Below the pieces are notes generated by a model that was not told where the DNA came from, searched no databases, and saw only the letters and a program-made list of their open reading frames with translations. Made by a program: the position numbers and the translations under genes. Positions 12,403-23,239 of a stretch of DNA of 64,000 nucleotides are shown in pieces; position 1 is the stretch's first letter, and each line of letters starts with the position of its first letter. The stretch is from Macrostomum lignano (lineage: Eukaryota): contig NIVC01000550.1 in assembly GCA_002269645.1 (NCBI GenBank), positions 277,172 through 341,171 on the forward strand. The letters run 5' to 3'.

Positions 12403-12917
12403 GCACAACAAAGGCTTAGCAGAAGTTTTTAGTGCACATTGGCGCACAGCAAAACCTGATCAGAAAAATTTAGCTCACAATGAGTCACTTAAATGTATAA
12501 TCTGCATATGCAGTGCATAAAATATGCTTTAAGATTACGTTTTTTCCAAGCATATCAATAAAAAAATTGTTTCTTGGTAAGTGAAACGAATAATAAAATT
12601 TAAAATGGAATTTTACCATAAAGATAAAGCTATTTCTTTTGAAAATTTTCTAGGTGAGCTAAAATAAAACAAAAGTTTTGAGTTGAAAAAAAGCCTATAT
12701 AAGGTACAAAAATTTAACCATGTTTTTAGATTTGTTTTAATTGGACTTTTACTGAGTTTTTAGTGCTACAGCATATTAGTACTCTAGCTATATATTTGTC
12801 AATAAACGAATGTAGACCTTGGCGCACAAATTCATATTTTAGCTTTGCGCACAGTGCACACTCCAAAAATATGCTGAAATATATTCCTGCGCACACATGA
12901 CACCTTCCTGAGTATGG
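12403..12917 (-). mobile_element. Truncated copy of the MITE at 35885-36482 (inverted)
   Basis: About 500 bp align in reverse with about 35887-36392 and end in the TIR CACCTTCCTGAGTATGG. Confidence 0.85.
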
Positions 12918-12990
12918 CTTTTTTAGTATTTAGGCATCATAAACTGAGGCACCAAAAAGTAAACTGGGGCACCAAAATGCTAGGTACCAA

Positions 12991-13654
12991 CCATAGTCAG
13001 GAAGGTGGCAGAGTGTGCGCCGGAACAAATTTTGGCCTCTCCCAAAATTGTGCGCCGTGCGCCGACACAAAAACCCTCGTGTGCGCCGTTGTGCGCCCGC
13101 CACTACCTGCCTTGCGACAATAAAAGACCTTTTTTTACAACATAGCAACAATTTTTGTGCGCCAATATACGGGACGGTTACGGGCTATCTATATTATATT
13201 ATGAGAAATTGAGATCGTTAAACCGAAAATAGAAATTTAAAAAATTTTTAATTTAATTTCTAATTTTTAAAACAAAACAAACATAAAAAGTAAGCAAATG
13301 GCAAAAACAAAGGTAAAAAAGAAAAGGAAAATATTTTTTTTTATTTTTTATTTTTTGGTAGAATGCAGTGTTACATTAGATAGAACAGTGAATAGTGTAC
13401 TGTAACAAGTAACGACTTACATCGTTACATGGGATCGCCACAAGGGTAACGCTGCATGTGGCGCGGCGCCCGCCGCGCCGCGCCGCCATGCGCCGGTGTC
13501 CTCTGGTGTGCGCCGTTGTGCGCCGCTGTGCGCCAGTGCGCCGCTGTGCGCTGTTGTGGCGCGCCGCTGTGCGCCGTTGTGCGCCGTTGTGTGCCCAAAA
13601 AGGGCTTGTGTGCGCCGGAATTTTCCGACCAAACTGCCACCTTCCTGACTATGG
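12991..13654. mobile_element. Complete MITE, perfect 21-bp TIR CCATAGTCAGGAAGGTGGCAG, 8-bp TSD GGTACCAA
   Basis: TIRs at 12991-13011 and 13634-13654; GGTACCAA at 12983-12990 and 13655-13662; internal GTGCGCC repeats. Confidence 0.9.
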
Positions 13655-13697
13655 GGTACCAAAAAGCATAGGCACTGAAAACCATGAAAACCCATGG

Positions 13698-13870
13698 CAG
13701 GGGCAGACCAAGGGGGGGGGGGGCCAAGGGGGCAATGCCCCCCCTCAGCTCTGCCAAAAAATCCTTAGATGTAGGCTTATTGGTATCATGCTGTATTGGT
13801 ATCATGGTACCATAGGCCTAATTGTAGCTCTGGCCTGACCAGACGTGAGGCTTGCCCCCTCCCCCTCGAT
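13698..13870. mobile_element. hAT-like short MITE
   Basis: CAGGGGCAGACC... start and ...aaatcctgggttcaccccta end, with G-run/C-run internal inverted repeats. Confidence 0.45.
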
Positions 13871-16057
13871 AAAATCCTGGGTTCACCCCTAACCCTTGGA
13901 CTAGGGGCCTAGTAGCTAGATTTATAGAGCAAAAAAATAAATAAATGGAACTTACAAAATTACTCTATTGTTGTCATATCGTGGCATGGTGCCATTGAAT
14001 ATCCAAACCAAAGCTTTCATTTGTATAATTATAAGTAGGAACAAAGTAGGCTAGGCCCTAGTAGTCATTGAAAAAAATAATGTTTGTAGTTGTCTCTTTT
14101 GCTGCAGCAACAGAATATACACTTAGAACAAATAGATTCTGTATAAGAATTGCATGTCAAAATCTCAATTGATCTCAATCTCAATCTCAATCTCAATAGG
14201 TGTAATCAATAATCAAACCCTTAATTGGCCTAATGCTGTCCAATAAAATATAAAATATACAACAAATTTCAGCCTAGCGGAGCGTGGGTCTAGATTTTGG
14301 CGCTGCTCTGAGCCGAACGCCAGTGAAAGAACTGAGACTAAGCACTGAGCAGTTAATTGAATAAAATTAAGCCTATGCGGCTACGCCAACCAACGCAATA
14401 ATTTAAAGCGCATACATTACTGCATTTATTAAATTAACAAGCTAATTTATCCACAGAACGCTTAGATATATAGATAGAACTGCTATTTTATCCAACTGAT
14501 TAAGTGATGCTTCAGATTCTACCGTCAGTCTGACACGAGCTCAGGCACGTGTCTCCAAGTTTCACAGAAAAAAAGCCGTAAAATATCTGCAAGTCAACCA
14601 AAGCTATAAGTTCTATAAAACTAACCGTCAGAGCCGTAGAGAGTTTAACTATAAATAAATAACGAAATTTTTTTTTCTGTCTATTATTTCAAATTATTAA
14701 GACGATATATTAAATTTTTGTTATAATGCGGTTTAGAAACGATCATCTGCGAGCATGTAAAATTACGAGAGTATAAAAGTTAACATGTATTTAAATGTTT
14801 ACATGTAACAGGAAGTGCAGTATGCACAGAATGACAATTTCTTAGTCAGGACGGGCTCAAATATGTGTAGCGCAAACTGATCGATGCAGATCCTCAAAGC
14901 AAATCATGAATTGCCAAACACAGCAGCAATGCAAAGACGCAAAGTGTCATTAAGAAAGAAAACACGAGGACGAGAAGATCGAATAATATTAAACTTCCAA
15001 AAAACGACTATCAGCATAGTTTATACTCTGACTATGTTCAGTTGTTTTAGAATTCACAAGCAGCTAATGTAAAAATATAGAACTAGAAGTTTGACACATT
15101 GCAGCTTTTGTTCTATCTCTACATATAAAAATCAAAACTCTGTCTGTGTGTCTGTGTGTCTGTCTGTCTGTGGACAATCTATTATATATGGTGGCCTTGA
15201 ATTACCACTTGAGGCCCAGGTCCATACTTTTGTCCATGCTTCTGTGATGCTCTTGGATATCTAGAACTGAGATGTCCAGGTCAGCCACCAACCAGGTCAG
15301 CTCTTGTAGCTTTTTCACAGGTGACTGAGGGGACAGACCAGCTAATTCGAATGGTTCCTAAACTTGATTTTTATGTTTAGAATGGCAGCTAGGGTTGTCC
15401 GGATATACATGCACCATTATACTCGTATTTGTACATGATCTTAAACACTGGAACCACTCTTTTACTTAACAAAATTTTTAAAAGAATTTTTGTGCATTTA
15501 TACAAGCATTTTTGCTTGTTTTCGCTATTCACTTTTCCATTTAATTTTCCTTGTTCTTTATACTGTTTCATCACTTTTGCAATGCTGTTCGACAGACAAT
15601 AAAATTTGCTCAATTTAGTTTATCATACCTCCTAGCCTCAATTTTGTGGCGGACAGACTGCTGTTTTATACATTTGAGTTCAGCTATAAGCAAGTAAACT
15701 CGACACAAGTCTGCTTGCTTGCTAAATTCTACTGCCACTACTAGTTCATATTCTAATGCAAGCTCATCAATATCGAGAAATGATCGCAACACCCAGACAG
15801 ACATTGAGATTAATTTCAACACTAACAATACATTATAGCTAAGATGTGGCACTCGCAGATTTGCAGATTTATTATTTATGTAACAACACAAATGCCTTGA
15901 CTCGAAAGGTTTTTCAACTGCAAACAATAACGGGATGTGATTTGAGAAAATGCCATGATTAAACAATCAAAGGGGCTGCTACTTGGCATAGTGATTGTTG
16001 GGGCCCCAACTGGCTTCTGCTGTATCAAAATTACTGAAATCAGCAGTCAGCTGGGAG

Positions 16058-16239
16058 ACAGACACGGTACCGCTTGTACAAGACACGGTACCGCTTGTAC
16101 AAGACATGGTACCGCCTGTACAAGACATGGTACCGCCTGTACAAGACACGGTATCGCTTGTACAAGACACGGTACCGCCTGTACAAGACACGGTACCGCT
16201 TGTACAAGACACGGTACCGCTTGTACAAGACACGATACC
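16058..16239. repeat. 21-bp quasi-palindromic minisatellite ACAAGACACGGTACCGCTTGT (about 8.5 units)
   Basis: Seen directly, about 75 bp downstream of the EXOSC8 stop. Confidence 0.95.
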
Positions 16240-16314
16240 TTTAGTGGTCAAGTATTCAGAGCGTGTCAGGCATTGCTAAGCAGAGTCAGTCAAACGCGCA
16301 TAGGAATCGGCCAG

Positions 16315-16872
16315 TCACCGAGCCAGCGGCCCTGCCAAGCAGGCCGCGTGCCTCTCAACGGCTTCCCGGCAGCAGCGGCCGACCAGCTCGCTGGCCGCTT
16401 CGCCCACCATCTGGACGCTGACAACGCGAACCGGCAAGTCGCCACCGCCGGCAGTAAAAACTCGGACAATGGCGGCGCCAGGCAGCGCCTCCTCCCGGCC
16501 GTCCGGCACCGACAACAGCTGATCGTTGTCAATGGCAACAAAGCTGGTACAAATGACGGCGCTTCCAGGGCGCAGCACGGCCGGGCGGAATTGCTCGCCG
16601 CTGGGGCAGCGCCTCACACCGACGTCAGCTGCTGCTGTTGAACGAACCGAAGGTCCGGAGTTCGAGTCATCGTGACCGGCATCGGCGGGGACTACGAGGC
16701 GCGGCAGGCAAAGGTTGGCCAGGGCGGCGCTGACGGCCAGGAGGCAGGCGTCTGGCAGGGAGCCGTCGGCGCTGAGGCAGACGGCGTCAACGTGCAGCTG
16801 CAGGCGGTGCCGCGGTCCCACGGTCAGCTGGGCGGCGTCCAGACAACCGGACTGGGCAAGAGCGTCTGACAC
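16315..16872 (-). CDS. EXOSC8: Exosome component RRP43, exon 2
   Basis: cctgcag acceptor at 16873. VSDALAQSGCLDAAQLTV...LHVDAVCLSADGSLPDACLLAVSAALANLCLP matches the RNase PH fold of RRP43. Confidence 0.85.
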   Translation of the reverse strand: MSDALAQSGCLDAAQLTVGPRHRLQLHVDAVCLSADGSLPDACLLAVSAALANLCLPRLVVPADAGHDDSNSGPSVRSTAAADVGVRRCPSGEQFRPAVLRPGSAVICTSFVAIDNDQLLSVPDGREEALPGAAIVRVFTAGGGDLPVRVVSVQMVGEAASELVGRCCREAVERHAACLAGPLAR

Positions 16873-17209
16873 CTGCAGGAAAGGAATTACAAATAATATA
16901 ATTGCACTGTATTGTACGTATAACTGGGAATCATAAGTGCAACTTTGATCGATTTGTTTGTTTGATTTTCAATTACAGGGTACGGTGCGCTGCCGCAAAG
17001 CAGTCAGTCATGCCATTGCGCTGCCCCATAAGCACTTGAGGTACTTTGGCGCCAGAATCGATCGCGTTACCGCTGAACTGCTCAGCCTTAGCATGAATCG
17101 CGGATGTCTAATCTGCTATTCGGAAGTCAAAACGGAAGCACGATGGGTTGTTTTCCCAAGTTCAAAACTTCACACTGTCTAAGGCAACAGCACACTTCAC
17201 CAGCTCAGA

Positions 17210-18742
17210 CAACAACAACAAAATACGCGACCCTGCAAGCAGAGGTCACAGTTAAAGCAGGGGGCGTCAGATGGCGCGCCGCAGAGCCTGGGAGCGAACA
17301 AAGTCCGCTCCGTTGGCAGTGTCGAGCGCCCCAGCGCCGCACAGCAGGCAGTCCACGTATCGACGGGTCGGGCCTGACCCCGCCTGAACGGACCCTGCAA
17401 GGTGAGCAGCAGGACGTCCTGAACAGGTTGGGGGCAGTAGCCCTCGGCCCGGATCACGTGGCCCGCCAGTTGAAGTCGCCGCCGGCGCAGGATGGTGGAC
17501 GGGCGCTGCAGCTTGGCCCGATCGTACAGGGCCTCGGTCCCGACGCTCTCGTCAGCTCGAAAGGCTGCACGGAGCAGCGCTGAATGCGCCGAGTCCAGTT
17601 GCCGCTCTAGCGTAGCCGTCAGCGTCCACGTCTCGTCCACGGACGGTTTCGACCACAGCCGAGCCCTTTGGCGGTCGGGCAGTGCTTCGGACTGGAGGAC
17701 GACTCGGATCGAACAAAAGGCCGCCCAGGCAAGTCCTCTGCGCCGCCGGAGGTCCTCTTCCACGTGGGGCACCAGACCGCCGAGGTAGGTGAACCGCTGG
17801 CAGCGTGCGAGCCTGGTCGTCTGCCCGTCTGCGCCGCGGCACGTCAGGTCCGATGGGATGTCGGCCGGCACAGTCAGCACCTCGGTCTTCAGCGTGTTGA
17901 CAATCAGACCAACGCTGCGATGCCACCTCGACCAGCCTGTCAATCTGGTACTGGGCGCCTAAAACGGACGAGGACAGGAGGGCGAGGTCGTCGGCGTAGC
18001 CAAGCACGCTTAGGCGCTTTTCGCCGTGGCGGCGACCGATGCGTCTGCGCAGCAGGAAGCGGTCATTAGCAGAGGGGAGTGCGGTCCGAAGCACCCAGTC
18101 TAGCAGCAGCACTAAGAGGAACGGCGCTAGCGTGTCGCCCTGCAGAACTCCTGATGAAGTATCGAACAGGTCAGACAGGCCGTCCGCCGTCACCACAGCA
18201 GCTCGAGTATCGCGATACAGCGACATGATACTTGTAGCGTCGATTAGCTGCTGCGGGACTCGGTAGGCTCGAAGGACGAAGGGGAGCGCGGCTCTCAGCA
18301 CCGAGTCAAACGTCTTTCAAAAGTCAACAAAGACAATGATCAGCGTAGACTGGCGGATGCGCGTCTCCTCGATGACCCGGCAGAGTGCGAGGATCTGTGT
18401 CACTGTACCGCGTTGCGGCCGGAATCCATTCTGCTCGTACCGCAGGTACGGGTCTAGCATCGACTGCAGACGATCGAGCAGCAGCCGGTTGAAGAGCTTC
18501 GCGGTGCAGGACATCAGCGAGATCCCGCGGTGGTCTTCTTTCCGCGTTGTCCCTGCCTTCTTCGGTATCGGCACGATGTGCGCGACGGTAAACTCGGTGG
18601 GCGCAGGAGCGCCATCGAGCACGCGGTTCATGACGCCTGTGACCTGGGAGGCCACACAGCAGAGCCGCAACGCTTCGACCGGGACTTCGTCGGGGCTGAG
18701 CGCCTTGTCACCTGATGATTGCCGAGCAAACAGCACAACAGA
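17210..18742 (-). mobile_element. 5'-truncated, degenerate RTE-clade LINE in the EXOSC8 intron
   Basis: RT motifs (QNGFRP, GVLQGDTLAPFL, LGYADDL) across frameshifts, a (TTG)n tail, and a 16-bp TSD ACTTCACCAGCTCAGA at 17194-17209 and 18743-18758. Confidence 0.9.
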
Positions 18743-18903
18743 ACTTCACCAGCTCAGAACCTTACATCACAAGCTCTTAATGCCCCATCGGAAAAATATT
18801 AGCGCTCTTATCTGTTTCGAGCCTGTAAAATATTCGCTCCGGCCCAGCCGCAGCCAGAATGCCTTCAGAACACAGAAAACAGCTCAAAGCTAGAAATTCG
18901 CAC

Positions 18904-19284
18904 CTGAACGGTGAGCGCCTGCGCCAAGTCGCTGGGCGGCCCGGGCCGGAACGCTCTCGAACAGACGGGCGGCAGGTCGGCATTTAACACGACGCCCGCC
19001 GCCAGCAGCGGATGGCAGCCCGCGGCGGCGGCGGCGGCTCCGGCAGCCGAGAGCTCCACAACGCTGGCCGACACTCCGCAGGCGAATTTCGTGTTGCCGA
19101 GCACCGAAATCGCGCTGCCAGCCGCGCCGCCCAGGCAACCGGGGGTCACGTGACCGACACGGCTGGACGGAGAGGCCGCGGTGGCTGCCAGCCGCAGCCT
19201 GTTGGCCAGCAGCGCCTTGGCAAACTCGGCGGGGGCGGCCAGATTCCAGTCTGCCGCATCGTCAGTCAGCATCGGCTGCGACAT
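18904..19284 (-). CDS. EXOSC8: Exosome component RRP43, exon 1
   Basis: GSAISVLGNTKFACGV and NADLPPVCSRAFRPGPPSDLAQ match RRP43 (NVDLPPLCSSRFRSGPP). Phase-0 CAG|GT donor at 18903. Spliced length is 312 aa. Confidence 0.85.
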
Positions 19285-19393
19285 GCCGGGTTTGGAAGCT
19301 GGAATGCATCCAGATGGAGCTTTGAGCCGCTAAGGTTGTCTGAGAACTTTCGAACCTCGCACTGTCGTTAAAAGAATTTGACACAAAACTCAA

Positions 19394-19682
19394 TAGATTA
19401 GAAAATCGCCCCATACCGATTAAAAAATCGCCCCATTGCGATTAAAAATCGCCCCATAGCGATTAGAAAATCGCCCCTACCGATTAGAAAATCGCCCCTA
19501 CCGATTAGAAAATCGCCTCATACCGATTAGAAAATCGCCTCATACCGATTAGGAAATCGCCCCATGCCGATTAGAAAATCGCCTTATAGCGATTAGAAAA
19601 TCGCCTTATAGCGATTAGAAAATCGCCCCATACCGATTAGAAAATCGCCCCATACCGATTAGAAAATCGCCCCGTAGCGACA
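19394..19682. repeat. 22-bp hairpin minisatellite CGATTAGAAAATCGCCCCATAC (13 units)
   Basis: Each unit contains the inverted repeat CGATT-AGAA-AATCG. It lies about 110 bp upstream of the EXOSC8 ATG. Confidence 0.95.
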
Positions 19683-20165
19683 AAGAAGTTACTAGAATAA
19701 TTTAGAATGCAAAGACTTAGCGAAATGGAATGAAACTCAGTGAATAAAAAAATTGGTGAATATATAGGTAAATATAATATATTTATAAAATGAGCATATA
19801 ATTAAATAAAAATATAGTGAGACACTGCAAAACCGCAGACACACAGGGCTCTCACAGCACGCATGTACAGTATGTATGCAGCAGAATGGAATGATTTCAC
19901 AATGCAAAATTATCAATAGCAAAACAGGTCAAGAAGCCGCAGGACAAACCAGATTAAAATACAGTAGCACAATTTCAAAAAAGATTTTGTTAAAACTGGC
20001 ATGAAAAATTGTCATGCTTGAGACTCCTCTCAGCCAAATAAAAATTATTGGAAGGATTTGAAGGTAAATTCTTGATAAAATAACTAATACGCAGAGTCTG
20101 CAATAAAACATTAGCAGCGCACTGGAAGCCCGAAACCAGATGAAATTTGCCATCCCGTGCAGAAA

Positions 20166-20944
20166 AGTCAGCAGTCGGTCACTCAGACAGCAGCAGACGG
20201 TCACTCAGACAGTCAGCAGTCGGTCACTCAGACAGCAGCAGACGGTCACTCAGACAGTCAGCAGTCGGTCACTCAGACAGTCAGCAGTCGGTCACTCAGT
20301 CAGCAGTCGGTAACTCAAACAGTCAGCAGTCGGTCACTCGGGCAGCAGCAGTCGGTCACTCAGACAGTCAGCAGTCGGTCACTCGGGCAGCAGCATTCGG
20401 TCACTCAGACAGTCAGCAGTCGGTAACTCAGACAGTCAGCAGTCGGTAACTCAGACAGTCAGCAGTCGGTCAATCAGACAGTCAGCAGTCGGTCACTCAG
20501 TCAGCAGTCGGTCACTCAGTCAGCAGTCGGTCACTCAAACAGTCAGCAGTCGGTCACTCAGACAGTCAGCAGTCGGTCACTCAGACAGTCAGCAGTCGGT
20601 CACTCAGACAGTCAGCAGTCGGTCACTCAAACAGTCAGCAGTCGGTCACTCGGGCAGCAGCAGTCGGTAACTCAGACAGTCAGCAGTCGGTCACTCGGGC
20701 AGCAGCAGTCGGTCACTCAGACAGTCAGCAGTCGGTAACTCAGACAGTCAGCAGTCGGTAACTCAGACAGTCAGCAGTCGGTCACTCAGACAGTCAGCAG
20801 TCGGTCACTCGGGCAGCAGCAGTCGGTCACTCAGACAGTCAGCAGTCGGTAACTCAGACAGTCAGCAGTTTGGTCACTCAGACAGTCAGCAGTCGGTCAC
20901 TCAGACAGTCAGCAGTCGGTCACTCGGGCAGCAGCATTCGGTCA
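20166..20944. repeat. 19-23-bp minisatellite CAGACAGTCAGCAGTCGGTCACT and variants (about 35 units) overlapping the Clock stop codon
   Basis: Seen directly. The terminal unit cgggcagcagcattcggtca encodes the last Clock codons. Confidence 0.95.
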
Positions 20945-21684
20945 GCACCGTCGTTAGTTGCAGAATGAGCGGCAGCCGCGGTGGCCTCAGCCGTCGCAGG
21001 TGTCGTGGCAGCGGCCGACAGCATCGCAAGCTTTCTGCTGACGTCCTCCAGTTCTTCCTGGTTGCGCCTGACAGCGGCTGACAGCTGGCTGTAGCGGGCG
21101 CACAGCTGGGCGTAGAGCTCCGCCTGCTGCGGGCTGAGCGACTCGGCGGCGGACAGACCGACGTGCGCGGCTGCAGCTGCAGCGGCGGCGGCCGCGGCGG
21201 CAGCATTGTCGGCATCGTTGCTGGTGTCGTCGTCGTCCCAGATGCTGCCACCTTCCGCGGCGGAGTCTGTTGGCACCGCCGAAGACGAGGAGGCCGTCCG
21301 TGAGGCCTCAGGCGCAGCGGAAACCGCGGCAGCGGCAGCAACGGCAGAGCCAGTAGCGGCAGCGTCGGCGGCAGCGGCGCGGTGGTCGGCAGAGCCGTAG
21401 ACGCAGGTGTAGGACTCAGGCCGGCCGCTCCACTGGGCATAGTTGGCGTGGGCGGACATGGACAGCCACAGCCAGTCGCCGCTGGGCAGAACGTGACGGC
21501 AGGCATGGCAGACGGCGAGGCCGTCGCGCTTCAGACGCTCGAGAAAGCCGGCAACCGTTTCCAGGTCGGCCGGGTGGCACAGGTCGAATCCGGAGCGGCC
21601 AATCAGGGCGCTGGAGCGCTGACCAATCACAAGCGAGCAGCGGGGATCCACTTCCGTGAAGCGCCAAGCCAGGCTAAGGCGGGC
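20920..21684 (-). CDS. Clock: CLOCK-like bHLH-PAS, exon 4 (PAS-B, Ala-rich linker, exon-19-like coiled coil)
   Basis: tttcaacag acceptor at 21685. ARLSLAWRFTEVD...GFDLCHPADL...YAQWSGRPESYTC aligns with CLOCK SRHSLEWKF...YHQWNSRPEFIVC. SAAVRRNQEELEDVSRKL resembles EANIHRQQEELRKIQEQL. Confidence 0.85.
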   Translation of the reverse strand, partial: ARLSLAWRFTEVDPRCSLVIGQRSSALIGRSGFDLCHPADLETVAGFLERLKRDGLAVCHACRHVLPSGDWLWLSMSAHANYAQWSGRPESYTCVYGSADHRAAAADAAATGSAVAAAAAVSAAPEASRTASSSSAVPTDSAAEGGSIWDDDDTSNDADNAAAAAAAAAAAAAHVGLSAAESLSPQQAELYAQLCARYSQLSAAVRRNQEELEDVSRKLAMLSAAATTPATAEATAAAAHSATNDGADRMLLPE

Positions 21685-21780
21685 CTGTTGAAATGGAGAG
21701 CACAGCATCATCTTGGTTGACATTAAAGTGGAAGCCGGTGTCACATTGAGTGAAGTCGGGTGTCAGGCTGAGCTGAAGGG

Positions 21781-21882
21781 AGGGGGGTCAGCGGAGGCTG
21801 GGTCGGCGGAGGCGGGGTCAGCGGAGGCTGGGTCGGCAGAGGCGGGGTCAGCGGAGGCTGGGTCAGCGGAGGCGGGGTCAAG
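21781..21882. repeat. Short GC-rich tandem repeat in Clock intron 3
   Basis: ggggtcagcggaggctgggtcggcggaggc-type units, about 3.5 copies. Confidence 0.75.
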
Positions 21883-21894
21883 CTGAGCTCAAAC

Positions 21895-22314
21895 CTGAAA
21901 AGTGGGTCCGGCAGGCAGCGACAGCTCGGCAGGCGGCTGGCAGTTGCCGGCGTAGCGGCGCACCACAGCGCCGATCGCGGGCCCCGTGGCCGGCTGGCAG
22001 CGCAGGAAGCCGACCAGCTCCACGGCGCAGTACTCCGGCCGGCGCTGCAGCTGTCCGAGAGACTCACCGGCCGCGGCCGGGTCGGGGGCCCGCTCCAGGG
22101 CGCAGCGGATCACGATCTGCGACTGGTCGGGGCTCTGGCTGCGCTTCAGGCACCAGGTGGCCACCTGGTCCCGCTCGGATGGGTGCACCAAAGAGTAGAA
22201 CGACTCGCCTACGAGAGCCTGCGGCTCGTGGCCGAGGCAAGCGGAGACCTCCTCGCTGACAGACCGAATGGAGCCGGTGTCCACTGAGAACTGCACCAGG
22301 AAGCCGGAGTGGGA
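21895..22314 (-). CDS. Clock: CLOCK-like, exon 3 (PAS-A)
   Basis: cccgcag acceptor at 22315 (alternative in-frame acceptor at 22360). SHSGFLVQFSVDTGSIRSVSEEVSACLGHEPQALVGESFYSLVHPSE is PAS-A-like. CAG|GT donor at 21894. Confidence 0.8.
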
Positions 22315-22412
22315 CTGCGGGGATGGGCGATTCGCGGTGCTCTCAGGGGTTGAGGGTGTCTGTTCAAACAAAAGACGAGATCAACAGTCTAGTGCTGGCC
22401 TGCCATGCTTAC

Positions 22413-22498
22413 CTGCAAATATAGGCCCAACAGTTCCGAATTGGTGAGAAACGGCGGCTTCACAGTTTCATCCAGGTCTCCAGTAGAGAAGCTGGTCT
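22413..22498 (-). CDS. Clock: CLOCK-like, exon 2 (86 nt)
   Basis: attgcag acceptor and CAG|GTAAGC donor. ETVKPPFLTNSELLGLYLQ matches CLOCK WKPTFLSNEEFTQLMLE, and the phases fit the neighbouring exons. Confidence 0.85.
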
Positions 22499-22687
22499 CT
22501 GCAATAGAAAACCATAACTGATCATTCATAACTGATTTAATTCAAAATTTATGTGAGCGCACCTGGAATCAAGCCTGGGCCGCTAACACATCAGAGATCA
22601 CCCCACTAGACACTCATCAGATAAAATGCAAATTTCTGACTGAGAAACAATTAAACAAAAAATTGGACATCAAACCTGTTTTCACTT

Positions 22688-23203
22688 TTGACGAGCTAAA
22701 TGGGAATTTGGACAATCAAAACGGAACCCCATAGACATTCAAGCCAGGCCACAGATCACACCCTAGTCATGGACTCAAGCAGTTTAGCAATGTCTACTGA
22801 GGGAGGCTTGGCGATAGACTATAACTTAGAGTAGACATTCAATATGAGAAAGACTGTTCAAAACGGGAATTTGCAAGGGAACAAACGCATTTCGAATCGC
22901 TGTTAACTTTCGACTCGATGGCAAAGTGGAATCCCTTTGTTGCGGTGGTCGGAAAAAGGACTGTGCAAGGCCGATCAGGAGATGAGAGAATTCTTAGTTG
23001 AGAAACTCGATGAAAATCTTTTCCTGACGCTCAAGGAAATGCCTGAACTGCTGACCGCCGACCGGTAACGCACACTTTGTTCACTTTTAAATATTCCAGT
23101 GGCCCTGAGATAAAAAAATACATTAATTTGGGCGAATTCCCGTTTTGAATGGCTCTTACCGAGTTTGATTTGTCCGAATTCCCATTTAGATCGTCAAAAA
23201 GCG
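22688..23203 (+). mobile_element. Tc1/IS630-like deletion derivative in Clock intron 1
   Basis: Inverted arms (ttgacgagctaaatgggaatttggacaa / ttgtccgaattcccatttagatcgtcaa). Internal peptide QEMREFLVEKLDENLFLTLKEM resembles a transposase winged helix. Confidence 0.45.
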
Positions 23204-23239
23204 ATACTGCAGTCAACTGACTGAAGGTTTACTTGTATC

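Larger units (their letters stand above)
11641..13697. mobile_element. Nested MITE complex; outer element with (GGCACCAAAAAGC)-type inverted arms
   Basis: The reverse complement of 11641-11710 matches 12930-12990 joined to 13663-13690 once the inner insertion is removed. Confidence 0.65.

Noticed and set aside
16958-17182. Plus-strand exon-like GC-rich patch in the EXOSC8 intron
   Set aside because: No recognisable domain and no partner exons.
19394-19682. CRISPR-like repeat-spacer appearance
   Set aside because: The linkers are 7-8 nt and related to each other, there are no cas genes, and the context is eukaryotic.
20147-20900. Gln-rich reading of the array as a CLOCK polyQ tail
   Set aside because: The Q-rich frames are on the plus strand, antisense to Clock, and the sense frame stops at 20920.
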